This document shows, piece after piece, positions 12,950-24,466 of a stretch of DNA of 64,000 nt. The notes under the pieces were generated by a model. The model ran no database searches. It was not told the origin of the DNA and was given only the letters and a program-made list of their open reading frames with translations. A program made the position numbers and the translations under genes. The stretch lies in the NCBI RefSeq assembly GCF_036321535.1, contig NC_087437.1, positions 3,658,001 through 3,722,000 on the forward strand. Direction: 5' to 3'. Source of the DNA: Camelus dromedarius (lineage: Eukaryota). The first letter of the stretch is position 1. The number at the start of each line of letters is the position of its first letter.

Positions 12950-13790
12950 TTTTATTTTTATATTATAACAGCTTTATTGAGACACAATTCATGTGCCATA
13001 AGAGTCGCTCTTATAAAGTGTACAATCCTGTGGCTCCTGGCCACCATGAACTTGTGATTTCTGTCTATGGGTTTGCCTGTTTTGGATATTTCATGTAAAT
13101 AGAATCATACTCTATGCAGTATTTTATGATTGGCTTCTTTCACTTAGTGTAATGTTTTCCAGGTTGATTCATATTGTATCAGTATCTGATTCCTTTTTAC
13201 AACAGAACAATTTTCCATTGTATGGCTGTACCACATTTTGTTTATCCACTTGTTAGCTGATGAACATTTGGATTGTTTCCACTTCTTGGCTATTATGAAC
13301 AATGTTTCTATAAACACTTGTGTACAAGTTTTCTTTTAGGTAAAGACTTAGGAATGGAGTTGCTGGGTCATATGGTTATTCTATGTTTAACATTCTGAGG
13401 AAAAGGTAGATTTTTTTTACAAAGGGGTCGAACCATTTTACATTTCCATCAGCAATGCGTGAGGGTTCCAGTTTCTCTACATCCTCACTGACCCTTATCT
13501 TTTTTATTCTGTCCATCCTAGTGGGTCTGAAGTGATCTCTCATTGTGGTTTTGTTTGTTTTGGGGTTTTTTTGCTAGGGGAGGTAATTAGGTTTATTTAT
13601 TTAATTTATTTAATGGCGATACTGGGATTGAATCCAGGACCTCATGCACGCTAAGCACACGATCTTCCACTCAGTTATACCCTCCCTCTTGTTGTGGTTT
13701 TGATTTGCGGATCATTGATGGCTAATGATGAACTTTTTCTCATGTGCTTATTGGCCACTTGTGTATCTTCTTTGGAAAAAATGTATATTC
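12950..13790 (-). mobile_element. Old L1 (L1M-type) 3' region, interrupted by a SINE
   Basis: acagctttattgagacacaattc...ttgctgggtcatatgg...ttggccacttgtgtatcttctttgg. Confidence 0.8.
13554..13691 (-). mobile_element. tRNA-derived SINE (camelid vic-1-like)
   Basis: Reverse complement gggagggtataactgagtggaagatcgtgtgcttagcgtgcatgaggtcctggattcaatcccagt...aaataaacctaattacctcccc; TSD ttgtggttttg at 13543-13553 and 13692-13702. Confidence 0.85.
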
Positions 13791-15184
13791 CTATTTGTTT
13801 TTACTCTCTAGCCCCTGATCCAGACTGGGCATACAGTAGGGACTCAATAAACAGAAGTCATGAACCACCTGTAGCAGACTCACCCAGGGCTCTTAGATCC
13901 CAGCCAAGACCTACTGGATGAAACTTCCCATTTTCAGGTCTAGGAATCTACATGTAAACAAGTTCCTGGAGGTTTCTCCCATGAACTGAAGTTTGAGAAC
14001 TACTACGTTAATTGAACTGAAGATTCTGCAAACATCTGAAGAGCTGTGATATATTCGAGGTAAATATGAGACCTACGCAGTTCTAGCTGCAGAAGTGGGA
14101 CCAGTGGACAAGAGTCACAGGAGGATGTCACCTCATTACGTGGTATCGATTGAGTCTGGCCTTGAAAGTTGCAGAAGGGAGTCCCGCACTGGGTGATATG
14201 TAGAACAGCATGTGGTCCTTGCAGGACAGTGTGCTATTTCTGTACCTGGTAGATTCCATGAATCTTTAAATATCCTGCCTTATGATAACATACCCTGGTA
14301 TTGGCTACACCTAAAATGGCTTAAGTCTCTACTGAAGAATTTGTTTTTCCGCCCCTGGATGTTGTTTCTACTTCTTGCTTTTCTCTGAAAAGGGGAAAAC
14401 AAGATTCCACCAGACCTGCTCAAGCTTTCTTCCTCTAAAGACCAGAATACACGTGTACTCTTCTTTCTGTTGTCTGTCAGGCTTCTTGGTTCCAAGCAAC
14501 GAAATAAGACTTGGCTGAGTGAAGCCATAAAGGAATTTATTACAAATTCAATGGGTGGGGCTCAGAGTCACAGGAACTTCAGGAGGCCCCGAGTGGGGAC
14601 AACCTCCCTGCGCATATCACTGTCCCAGGCCTCGGACACTGCTGCCCCGGACACTCCATCTTGCTGCCACTGCCCCAACCACCACAGTGGCCTTCCTGGG
14701 CCCTGGACTCTTGATGTCGTTGGAATTCAGTTCCAGGTCCAGGGCATCAGGCTGCAGAGTTCAGAATGAATGAACTTGATGGGCACTGGGGACACAGGGC
14801 ATGTAAAAAAACCCCTCAAAGGCCAAATTCATATCTTCTAGGAGCTAAGACTTCAGGTGGAGAGCTGTGATGCACAAAAATCATTAGGCAACAATGACAA
14901 GGGTCCCATGACTGAGGGGCACAGATGGAGGTGAAGGAGCACGTGTGCAGCACTGTCCCTGGTGCTGTGGGGTAATCTGTATGTCACTGTGTAACAGGGA
15001 ATATACCTGGCAGCCCGCCATCAGCCCTGGGCAATCTGGTCACCAAAAAGACATGCTAGCACCTTGCAGTCTGAACCAGAGAACCTCCCAGGCTAAAGGC
15101 TAAAATGCCTTTGCACCCGCTCTCCTAGGGCGTGGGGAAAGGAGGGAGACTGGTCAGGTGGGGAAATAATGATTAATCCAGTTC

Positions 15185-15246
15185 AGAGAGAGAGACAGGG
15201 AGAGACAGAGAGAGAGAGACAGAGAGACAGAGAGAGAGAGAGAGAG
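15185..15246. repeat. (GA)n/(GACA) microsatellite
   Basis: Direct reading. Confidence 0.95.
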
Positions 15247-16131
15247 GGTCCAGTTGACAGAGTGCCTTGAAGGTGAATTTAAGTTTCATGACAGGAGGGA
15301 CTCAAAAGCTATAAGAGCTTTAGCAAGAGAGTGACATTTAAAAAGTAGTATTTGGGGGGGGGGGGGAAGGTTAGCCTTGAGCTTGAGGAAAGAGTGGAGT
15401 AACCACTTTCCACAGCCAGGAAGCATCTACAGATGTAAAATTACAAAGGAAGGGGATAAGAGAATCAAGGTAGATTGGGAGGATTCTTGAGGAAGAATTG
15501 GCAGATGTCTGGACGTGGCGGGCAGAGAAGGCAGTACACATGACACTATTTACCAGTCTTCAGAATCAGAAGTGACAACCACCAGAAAAAAGGATACTTT
15601 CTATTTGATTTGCTAAGTTTCATTGCCTAGATATTCAAGTGGAGATGTCCTGTAGACCCTGGAAACATGCGACTGCACAACAGGGGAAGGATCACAGCCA
15701 GAAGGGAGGCTTTAGGGTCACTGAGCCAGTGACCCTAAAGGGGGAAATCAGGAAAGCAGATGGAGTGAATGTGAAACACCACCTCCATTCAGTCTACCAT
15801 CCTTCACCCCAGAGAACACTGTACCAGATACATGTTGCTGCAGTTTATCATCAGAAGGCGGGATACACTGCCTCAGTGCGGACAGCAGTGAAAGCCAGTT
15901 AACAAGGACAAGACAAAGCACATTTCCTCTCATCACACACAACCTCCCAGGCCTTTATGTCTAAGATTTCATGTGAGGTTATAAGCATCTGTTCAAACAA
16001 GATGACTTCACCCTTGCTAATTATTTCCAAACTCTCGGAATCAAAGTAGCCCAACTATTTTGAATGCTACTGAGCCATGCCACAGGTCTGTTTGCCCCTC
16101 TCCCACAGCAATCTTCTGCCACCCTGGGCTC

Positions 16132-16307
16132 AGGGCAGGCTTTGTGGGCACATGGCCTGTGCAGGCACACGAGGCCCAATGGTTAGAAGGGCCCTACACT
16201 TGGTTTAATGCTCTGTTATCACTGGCTTAAAATTCTTAATAATGTTTTAACACGGGGATCTGCATTTTTATTTTGTATGGGCTCCACAAAGTTTGTAACC
16301 AGTCCCA
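16132..16307 (+). mobile_element. MER53-like hAT DNA transposon relic
   Basis: cagggcaggctttgtgggc...agaagggccctacacttggtttaatgctctg...aaattcttaataat...accagtccc matches the recalled MER53 consensus. Confidence 0.6.
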
Positions 16308-18723
16308 TCTGAATTATTCAAGCATAAAAGCTATTTATAATGGACTCCTGCTAAACTAACCAACCTCATTCTTGGTCTCACCGGATCAATTTTGCTTTTA
16401 CACATTTGACAAAGGAAGGCAGGGCTCAAATCTGTTGATTCCCTATGTGTCTGTCACTGCTGTGAATGTTCTTAATGTGGAAGGGCTGTGAGGCCAGATG
16501 AGGAAGTCAGGAGGCCTTAGGAACATTTACAGGAACTGAAACACCTCTATCTGCTGCTGCAAATCAGGCACTTAGAGCAATGCTACCTACCACTAGTGGG
16601 TCACTTAAAAATTAACTCTCTAGAGTCAGTAAAAAAGGCCAAACGGGAATCAGTTATGTGCACACTTTGATACAAGTGCTATTAAACACATATCCCTAAC
16701 ACCCTGTGGACAGATATATTAATTTGGTTCATCCTTGAAGGGACTACATGAAGAATCAAATGCACACTGACAGAATGTCAAGAATGAACGTCGAGATTCT
16801 CTGATGGAGTTTTTATTACATTTCAATATCAGGTTTTATTTCTTGTGGGTTACACTTCTAAAATTCTAACTTATGTCAGGGAAATTAAGATAGAATAGTT
16901 TTACCCTAACTCTTTAAGAATGTATGTAAAAAAGCAAAATTAATGTATATAATGAAATTTCCTGTTGTATTCCAATCTCCAGCCCCAGAAAAAGTACCCT
17001 AAAATAAAACTGAAGCAGTTCATAGTAGTTTCTATGAGCTAAAGTCTGTATTCATGAGAACCAAGAAAAATGCTTCTCCTTAAAATAATCTGAAATCTCA
17101 TTTTCAGTGTTAAGGGTTCTCCTGAAGCAGAGATCAGTAATACCTTGTTGTTTACCTGGAATTTTTTTTAAAAAACCTTTTTACTTGAAGCATCTTCAGA
17201 GAACTACTGAAAAATCAAGTGAACTGATACTGCCGAAGCACTTCATTTTTTTTTTCCAAAAGAAAAAGTTACACTATTATTAATGGAAAACAGAATAAAA
17301 AGACAAATTTCTGGGATTTTTAGGATCAACTCCTATCTATTTTATATTCACAGAAAGTTAAGACAAAAGAAAATCAAATACACATAATCCTTAACCAACT
17401 ACAGACTTTGTTTTCAAAATGTAATGGGTCAAATCCTCAGGTAAGACACAAGAAATCTTACATTTATTCTTGATCCTCTGGCACACTCCAGATTTGGGCC
17501 AATCACCTCTCCTCAATGACAGTAACAGGGACAAATTCTGTCACCCAGACAGACACTTCTTTGAGGACCAGGAGCTGACAGGTAGGCCTGTCTTAGGATC
17601 TAGAGGAGGAGTGGTTTCCATCTCCTTCCTGTCGATATTGTGGTGTAAGTTATTCAAGGGAACTGTGACAGAGACTTGAGACATTTAGAGACGGAGATGA
17701 GTCAGTGTGTCTCATTTATATAAAGCACAGTATAAGCAACATCCAGATAGTACACCAGCAGCTTTCAGCCCTCAGCCTGAGGAAGGGATTCTTCAATGTC
17801 TAAATAGCCCTGATCCCTGAAGCTGGGGGCCAAGGGCAGAAGGAGGTGCCCACCTGTGGAGGGTGTCCGCTTTGACCCCTTGGCTCCCCTTCTGCAGGGC
17901 AGAGACAGGCCTCAGTGCGCAGCTGCACGTCTGGGCGTAGGGCGACCCGCTGCTCTTTGCTCCCGTCAGCACCACGGACAGCGCACGCCGGCCCGCTTCC
18001 CGACCAGCACCACTTCGCTCACAGAGCTGCCAACACTGCAGCCTGTCCTCAAGGAGGGACGCACCCACCTCTCCCGGTGACTTACGAATGACAAACAGCA
18101 GTCACTGAGCACTAGACCCACGTGCTCCCCAAGAGAAACCATTAACCGTGTCTGGAGGCTCTCGGGCCCCAGCGGAGGGTTTTCCTGGGGGCCTCCATCG
18201 GAAGAAACAGGCTGCCGGAGGAACGAAGTCCTTTCAGGTGCTGCGTGAAGCTGGACGTCCCTGGGAAACCGCTAATTCCTAACATACCCGGGAGCCCGGC
18301 TCCAAGGGCAGGGATGGCACTGCTAGCTCCTTCAAGAGCTCCCCCAACCCAGACCCGCAGCCCCCATTCATCCAGGGTGAAACTGCTTCAGCAGAGCGGG
18401 AAGGATACACAAGGCAGAGACAGTGCGAACCAGCCAGAGATTCTGTAGTCTCTCCTGAACCGCAAGGCGGTGAAACGAGGGTAAAGCCCTTCAAAGGAAA
18501 ACTCTAGGGCCATTTCCCCTCCGCCACAGTCAGCCTGCCTCCCCATAAAATGTATCCAACTCTCCAGAAAAAGGAACTGAGTCATACACAGTATATGTGG
18601 TCTCTCACACTACTGACCAGACTTAGAAACATAGACAGATGCAAAAATGTTGTATCTCCTCTGTTATCTTTTATCTTGGGCGTCACTGTCTGAGTCACTA
18701 TTACCATTTTAATACCAAACACA

Positions 18724-18810
18724 GGTGGGATGGTAGAGCTCAGGGGTAGAGCGCCTGGGTAGCATGCACGAGGTCCTGCGTTCAATCCCCAGTACCTCCA
18801 TTAAAAAATA
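18724..18810 (+). mobile_element. tRNA-derived SINE (vic-1-like, short form)
   Basis: Pol III A box (tagagctcagggg) and B box (gcgttcaatccc), short A-tail; perfect 13-bp TSD aataccaaacaca at 18711-18723 and 18811-18823. Confidence 0.9.
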
Positions 18811-20440
18811 AATACCAAACACAACATGAGCTATCGACTAGCGCTTACCAGCTAGGTACATACCTAGCTAGCACTCCCCACCCTCTTCCTCATTTTAGTC
18901 TGCCCACAGCACTGGAGCACATCTCAGTGTATTATATAACTTGATTTATTAATTGTCTCTCTCTCCTCAGTTCCACCAGCATGTCCCCTCCCTGAGAACA
19001 GACCTGGCTGAATCCCAGACCTAGAACAGTGCCAGACTCTGTGAGCAACCTACACACTTGCACTGTGGGTTACTTACTGTAAATGCCACCTCCCCCTTGC
19101 TAACGACTGAATGACCCTGTGGCATGAAGCACTTGGCTGATATAAACTGGGTCTCTTTATTTTTTCCTTCAGGATGTGGAGAGACCCTCAAATCAAGAGA
19201 GTGATCCCCTCCTCACCTGGAACCGTGAGGCATCAGGGCCCTCCTATCACTAGGGGAGATATTGTCTGACCAGTTTATGAGGACATCAGCCCTGTCCAGC
19301 TATGTCTGGAAAGAGAGGCCAAAAAAGTTCAGCCTTGGAACCAGAAGGAGGGACAGGGTGGAAAGGCTGCTCAACTGCACCTACGAAGGGTCTTTTCAAG
19401 CTGGTTCCAGCACACACCCATCAACTGAAGTTATAAACCACCACCCCCCCTGGCCATCCTCAGCAACAACACACCCCAAGTGGGTCAGGTGGGCAGCACT
19501 GGAAAAGTCTCTCCCCTGCAGCTTCTCTGGGTTTATGTTCTGCATCAGCGACTCTCACCAAAGTGGCCAAAATGGCCTTAGCTCAGGGCTGCAGATTCCT
19601 GAAGGGCTTCAAGTGCTGACTCTCAACCAGAGCTCCCAGCCTGATGACACCCCATCTTAGAGAGACACACTGACAGCTCTGAAAGACGTCCCCTCACAAT
19701 TTTAAACATACTTCCCATTTCTGGGCTGCCCCAGCTGTAAAATGCAGTATAGTCACATGGCATCGCATTTTTGCATGTTACATATTTTTTGTGGTTAAAT
19801 TTAAAGCATATCCCATTTTTTGTTGCCCTGTTTTACAGCGTCATATCTAACGGACCTCGGAAAAGTAGAAGTGGCCCAGCTCTCTTCCCACCTCTCTGAG
19901 ACCCTGATCCTCTCACCCCACGGCCCTGTTGACTCTGAGCGACTGCGCTGGCACCCCTACTTTCAGCCCAGTGTCAGTCCCCGGAGGGCAGCGGCCGCAG
20001 CGGCTTCATCTTCTCGGCAGCCACCGGTGAGCTGCCTGCTGAAGAAAGCAGCGCTTTGCCATTCTCACAGATGTGAAGGGTGAAGTCTGGTTAAACATAT
20101 GGTTTTTTTTCTTTCGAGACAGAGCATGCATACGGCTCTGTGTATGCCTAAACTAGGGAAAGCCCATCTGATACACGGGTGGCAAGAAAAAACAAACCTA
20201 TTCAGGCCAGTTCAAATGGTCTGTGAAGATAAAAAGATTTTCCCAATCTTATTTCTCAGCTGACTTGTGCTTTTCCTAGGAAGACGTTAGAAGTATGTTA
20301 ATGACCTATTTTTGGCCTTTTATTCATTTAACCAGTGAAATTAAAATATTCGTAGACTGTAACTAAATGAAGACGACATTATGGGTCCTGAATTAATTCT
20401 GCCAGTAGAGAGACTTCTGTGTTGGTCTGCATGTTACATT

Positions 20441-20458
20441 ACCACCACCTGCTGGTCA
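20441..20458 (-). promoter_or_regulatory. Candidate CTCF site
   Basis: Minus strand TGACCAGCAGGTGGTGGT fits the CTCF core CCAGCAGGTGG. Confidence 0.5.
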
Positions 20459-21227
20459 TAACGGTCAGTTTTACAATGGTGACTCATTCCTTTTACTCAA
20501 TCTCTTGTAAATTTAAATGTCACATATGCTATGATTCTATGCAGAAGTGATTATATGCAGTCATTTCTACGTGGTGCCACAGGGTCCAACATGGGTAGTA
20601 CTTCCCAAGCTGGGCCCCTCAGGACAGTACTACTAATATGAGTGGCCTGGGAAAAAAAGGGAGTTCAGTGGTTGAACACATTTGGGAAAATCTCCTGAAG
20701 AGTGACTATTTGTCCCAGCAGATTTCATGCTCTGAAGAGTTCCTTAGCCAACAAATTGGTTAAACTTTACAGAACCTAGTGTTTTCCAAACTCGTTTAAT
20801 CACAGAACTCCTTTTTATACAAAACATCTCTTAACACTTTCAGGTACTCTAGGGCTTAAGATCAGAGGGTACTGAGCCTGTCCCCAAAAAATCATAGCTG
20901 TAAATGTTTCATTGTATTGAAGCCTGCCTACCAGCAAACTAGACAATTTTACAACATGATCTTTGCTTATAAATAACTCGCCACCAGATTTACAGTTTTG
21001 TATATCACCTCCAAGAAACACAGGATGCAAGGCAACATTGTTGTCACTGTCACTTCAGAGCCAAGTTATTTCAAAAAGTGAAAAATCATCCCACCACCAG
21101 GCCTCAATAACAAGTTTGTGGCAGTGCTTCTCAAACTTTTCAGAAAAACACCCCTAAGAGCAGAGATGGATAAACTCAGAGCCTGGAATGGGACTGACAA
21201 GTGCAGAACACATCTCTGAGTCTCCCC

Positions 21228-21460
21228 AAATGGCAAATATATAGAGACAAAAAGTAGATAATGGTTGTTTAGAGCAGGGGGTAGGAATGGAGAATGATTG
21301 TAAATAGAAAAGAGTTTTTTTTTTTTTAGGACAAGAGATGTGTTCTAAAATTAGATTGTGGTGATGGTCGCACAACAATACATTTACTAAAACTCACTGA
21401 ATTGTACACTTAAAATGGCTTGATTTTATAGTATGTAAATTTTATGGTATGTATTGATAT
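21228..21460 (+). mobile_element. Old L1 (L1M-type) 3'UTR fragment
   Basis: ggcaaatatatagagacaaaaagtagat...gttctaaaattagattgtggtgatggtcgcacaac...aattgtacacttaaaatgg. Confidence 0.75.
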
Positions 21461-21518
21461 TATATATCCTTACGGCTCTTTTTTAAAAGCCAAAGGAAAC
21501 CTTATCTTAATAATAAAG

Positions 21519-21602
21519 TAATTAAAAAGCTAATTTTTTAATTAAAAAATTTGTAATTAAAAAGCTAATTTTTTAATTAAAAAATTTTTAATTAAAAAAA
21601 TT
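21519..21602. repeat. AT-rich tandem duplication with internal palindromes
   Basis: taattaaaaagctaattttttaattaaaaa unit repeated twice plus a partial copy. Confidence 0.85.
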
Positions 21603-21899
21603 CATGCAGGAAATAGTGACAGGTTTGTGAAAGGAAAAATGTTAAGGGCTATGTACTACATCAATGTTTTAATAACAAAAGATTAAAAACAACCAAAATG
21701 TACATCAGTAGAAAAGTAGATAAATCATACTATAGCCATACAATGGGATATACTACGTAGCTACTGAAACAAAGAATGGGGACATTCTCTATATACTACA
21801 TGGAAAGATCCAGGTATTTTTGGCATGTGAAAAAAGCATGAAATAGAAATGTGTTATAGGCTATTTTTTACCAGAAGGGGGCAAAATAAGAATCTATAG

Positions 21900-24466
21900 A
21901 CTTTTCCGGTCAAGATGGCAGAGTAGTAGGACAATGAGCTCGCCTCTCCTCGCGACTACAACAAAACCACAACTGACTGCTAAAAAAGCATTAAAAAAAA
22001 AAAAAAAAAAAAAGACTGGAACCTAGCAAAAACTATCTTCTTCAACTGGAAACATCAAGAGGGAACCACAGCAGGACGGTAGGAGGGGTATGCTCTTGAT
22101 ATAATTGGGCCCCATACCTCCTGGGTAAGAAAAAGAACCAGTCAGCTAAAGAACATTAAGTCACAGAGGCCCTCCCATGGGAGTGAGAGTTCTGAGCCCC
22201 ACATCAGGCTCCCCAGCCCAGGGTTCCAGCACTGGGAGGAGGAGGAGACCTGAGGACACCTGGTTTCAAAGGCCAGTGGGGCTTAATTCCAGGAGCCCCA
22301 CAGGACTGGGGGAAACAGAGACTCCATTCTCTTGGGAAGTGTACACAAACTTACATGCACCAGGTCCAAAGGCAGAGGCAATGATTTCATAGGAACCTGG
22401 GCCAGACCTGCCTGCTGGTTTTGGAAGGTCTCCCAAGGACGTAGGGGACAGCTGCGGCTCACCCAGGGAACATAATAGCTGGTGGCAGACATTTCAGGAC
22501 TGTTCATCTACATGAGCTTTCATGGAGGCTGACATCTTGATCGGATCATTAGCATCAAGACCTAGCCCCACCAAACAGCCTGTAGGGAAGCCTCAAGCCA
22601 GACAACATACAGGGTGGGAACACAGGCCCACCCATCAGCAGACTTCCTAAGTCACAAAGGCCTCTAGACACAGCCCCACCCACAAGAAGTCCAGGACTAA
22701 GCTTCATCCAGCAGTGGGTAGACACCGGCTCCTCCTGCCAGAAAACCTGCATAAGCCTCTGGTCCAGCCTCATCCACCAGGAGCAGATACCAGAAATAAG
22801 AAAACAACAATCCACAAACACAGGCCAGACTCTACACTGGGACCAGCTGGACCCTGGCCCTTGGGGGACAAGAGAGGAGTGTACTGCTGGGACACACAGG
22901 ACGTCTACCACAGGAGGCCACTCCTCCAAGGTTGAGAAATGTAACTGACTTACTTAAAAATACAAATAGAAAGACAGACAATATGAGGCAGCAAAGGAAT
23001 ATCTTCCAGGCCAAGGCACAAGATAAAATCCCGGAAGAAGAAATAAGTGATGAGGAGACAGGCAATTTATCTGAGAAAGAGTTTAAAGTAATGATGGTGA
23101 AGATGTTCAGAGAACTCAAGAGGAGTATAGATGCATAGAGTGAAGTTTTTAGCAAAGAGTTGGAAAATATAAAGAATACCCAGAGTTGAAGAATAAAATC
23201 ACTGAAATGAGTAACACACTAGAAGGAACCAAGAATAGACTCAATGAGGCAGAAGAATGGATTAATGAGCTAGAAGACAGATTAGTTGAAATCACTACTG
23301 CAGAACAGAAAAAAGAAAAAAGAATGAAAAGAAATGAGGATAGTTCAAGAAAACTCTGGGACAACATGAAGCGCATGAATATTTGCATTATAGGAGGCCC
23401 AGAAGGAGGAGAGAAAAACAGGATTTGAGAAAATTTTTTGAAGAGATAATAATTGAAAACCTCCCTAACTTGGGAAAGGAAATAGTCACCCAAGTCCAGG
23501 AAATGCAAAGAGTTCCACACAGGATCAACCCAAAGAGGAACACACCAAGGCACGTAGTAACCAAATTGACAAAAATTAAGGATAAGGATAGAATATTAAA
23601 ATCAGCAAGAGAAAAGCAACAGATAACATGCAAGGGAACTCCCATAAGGTTATCAGCTGATTTTTCAGCAAAAACTCTCCAAGCCAGAAGTAAGTGGCAT
23701 GATATATTTAAAGTGATGAAAGAGAAAAATTTACAACCAAGAATACTCTTTCCAGCAAGGCTGTCATTCAGATTTGATGGAGAAATCAAAAGCTTCACAG
23801 ATAAACAAAAGCTAAAAGGTTTCAGCACCACCAAACCAGCTTTACAAGAAATGTTAAAGGACCTTCTCCAGTCATCAAACCACAAGAAAAGAACAAAAAG
23901 AAAGAGGAAAAAAAAAAAAACCTACAAAAAATTGCTGTGGTAATTCAGGGTCTTTTATGGTTCCATATAAATTTTGAAATTGTTTCTTTTAGTTCTGTGA
24001 AAAATGTTGTGGGTGTTTTCACAGGGATTGCACTGGATCTGTAGACTGCTTTGGGTAGTGTGGCTATTTTGATAGTGTTGATTCTTCCAATCCAAGAGCA
24101 CAAGATATCTTTCCATTTATTTGTATCATTTTCAATTTCCTTCATCAATGTTATACAGTTTTCAGAGTATAGGTAACCTGCTTGGTTAAGTTTATTTCTA
24201 GGTATTTTGTTGTTTTTGATGCCATGGAAATGTTTACGGCAGTTGTAAGATTCTGGTTTTTGAAGCTCAAAAAAAAAAAAAAAAGTGAAGGGCCACAAAT
24301 GGCAAAATATCCTTTTCATGGGTGAGTTGTATTCCATTTTGTGTATACAGGCTACATTTTCTTTATCCATTCATCTGTTGACATGCACTTGGGATGCTTC
24401 CATGTCTTGGCAATTATAACTACTGCTGCTGTTAACAGTAAGATGTATGTATCTTTTTGAATTAAT
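21900..24466 (+). mobile_element. Composite ORF1-only L1-derived element, copy B (region homologous to copy A)
   Basis: Begins ttccggtcaagatggc (L1 5' end with YY1-like motif), 5'UTR, ORF1 22983-23871, then the same antisense-ORF2/linker/antisense-3' junctions as copy A. Confidence 0.85.
22983..23871 (+). pseudogene. L1 ORF1p (disrupted), copy B
   Basis: MRQQRNIFQAK...ELKRSIDA* (TAG 23136-23138), two frameshifts, then ...RNTPRHVVTKL...PIRLSADFS...LQEMLKDLL. Confidence 0.9.

Noticed and set aside
18724..18800. tRNA gene
   Set aside because: Degenerate stems, A-tail and TSD indicate a SINE; the same applies to the 13.6-kb and 62.6-kb copies
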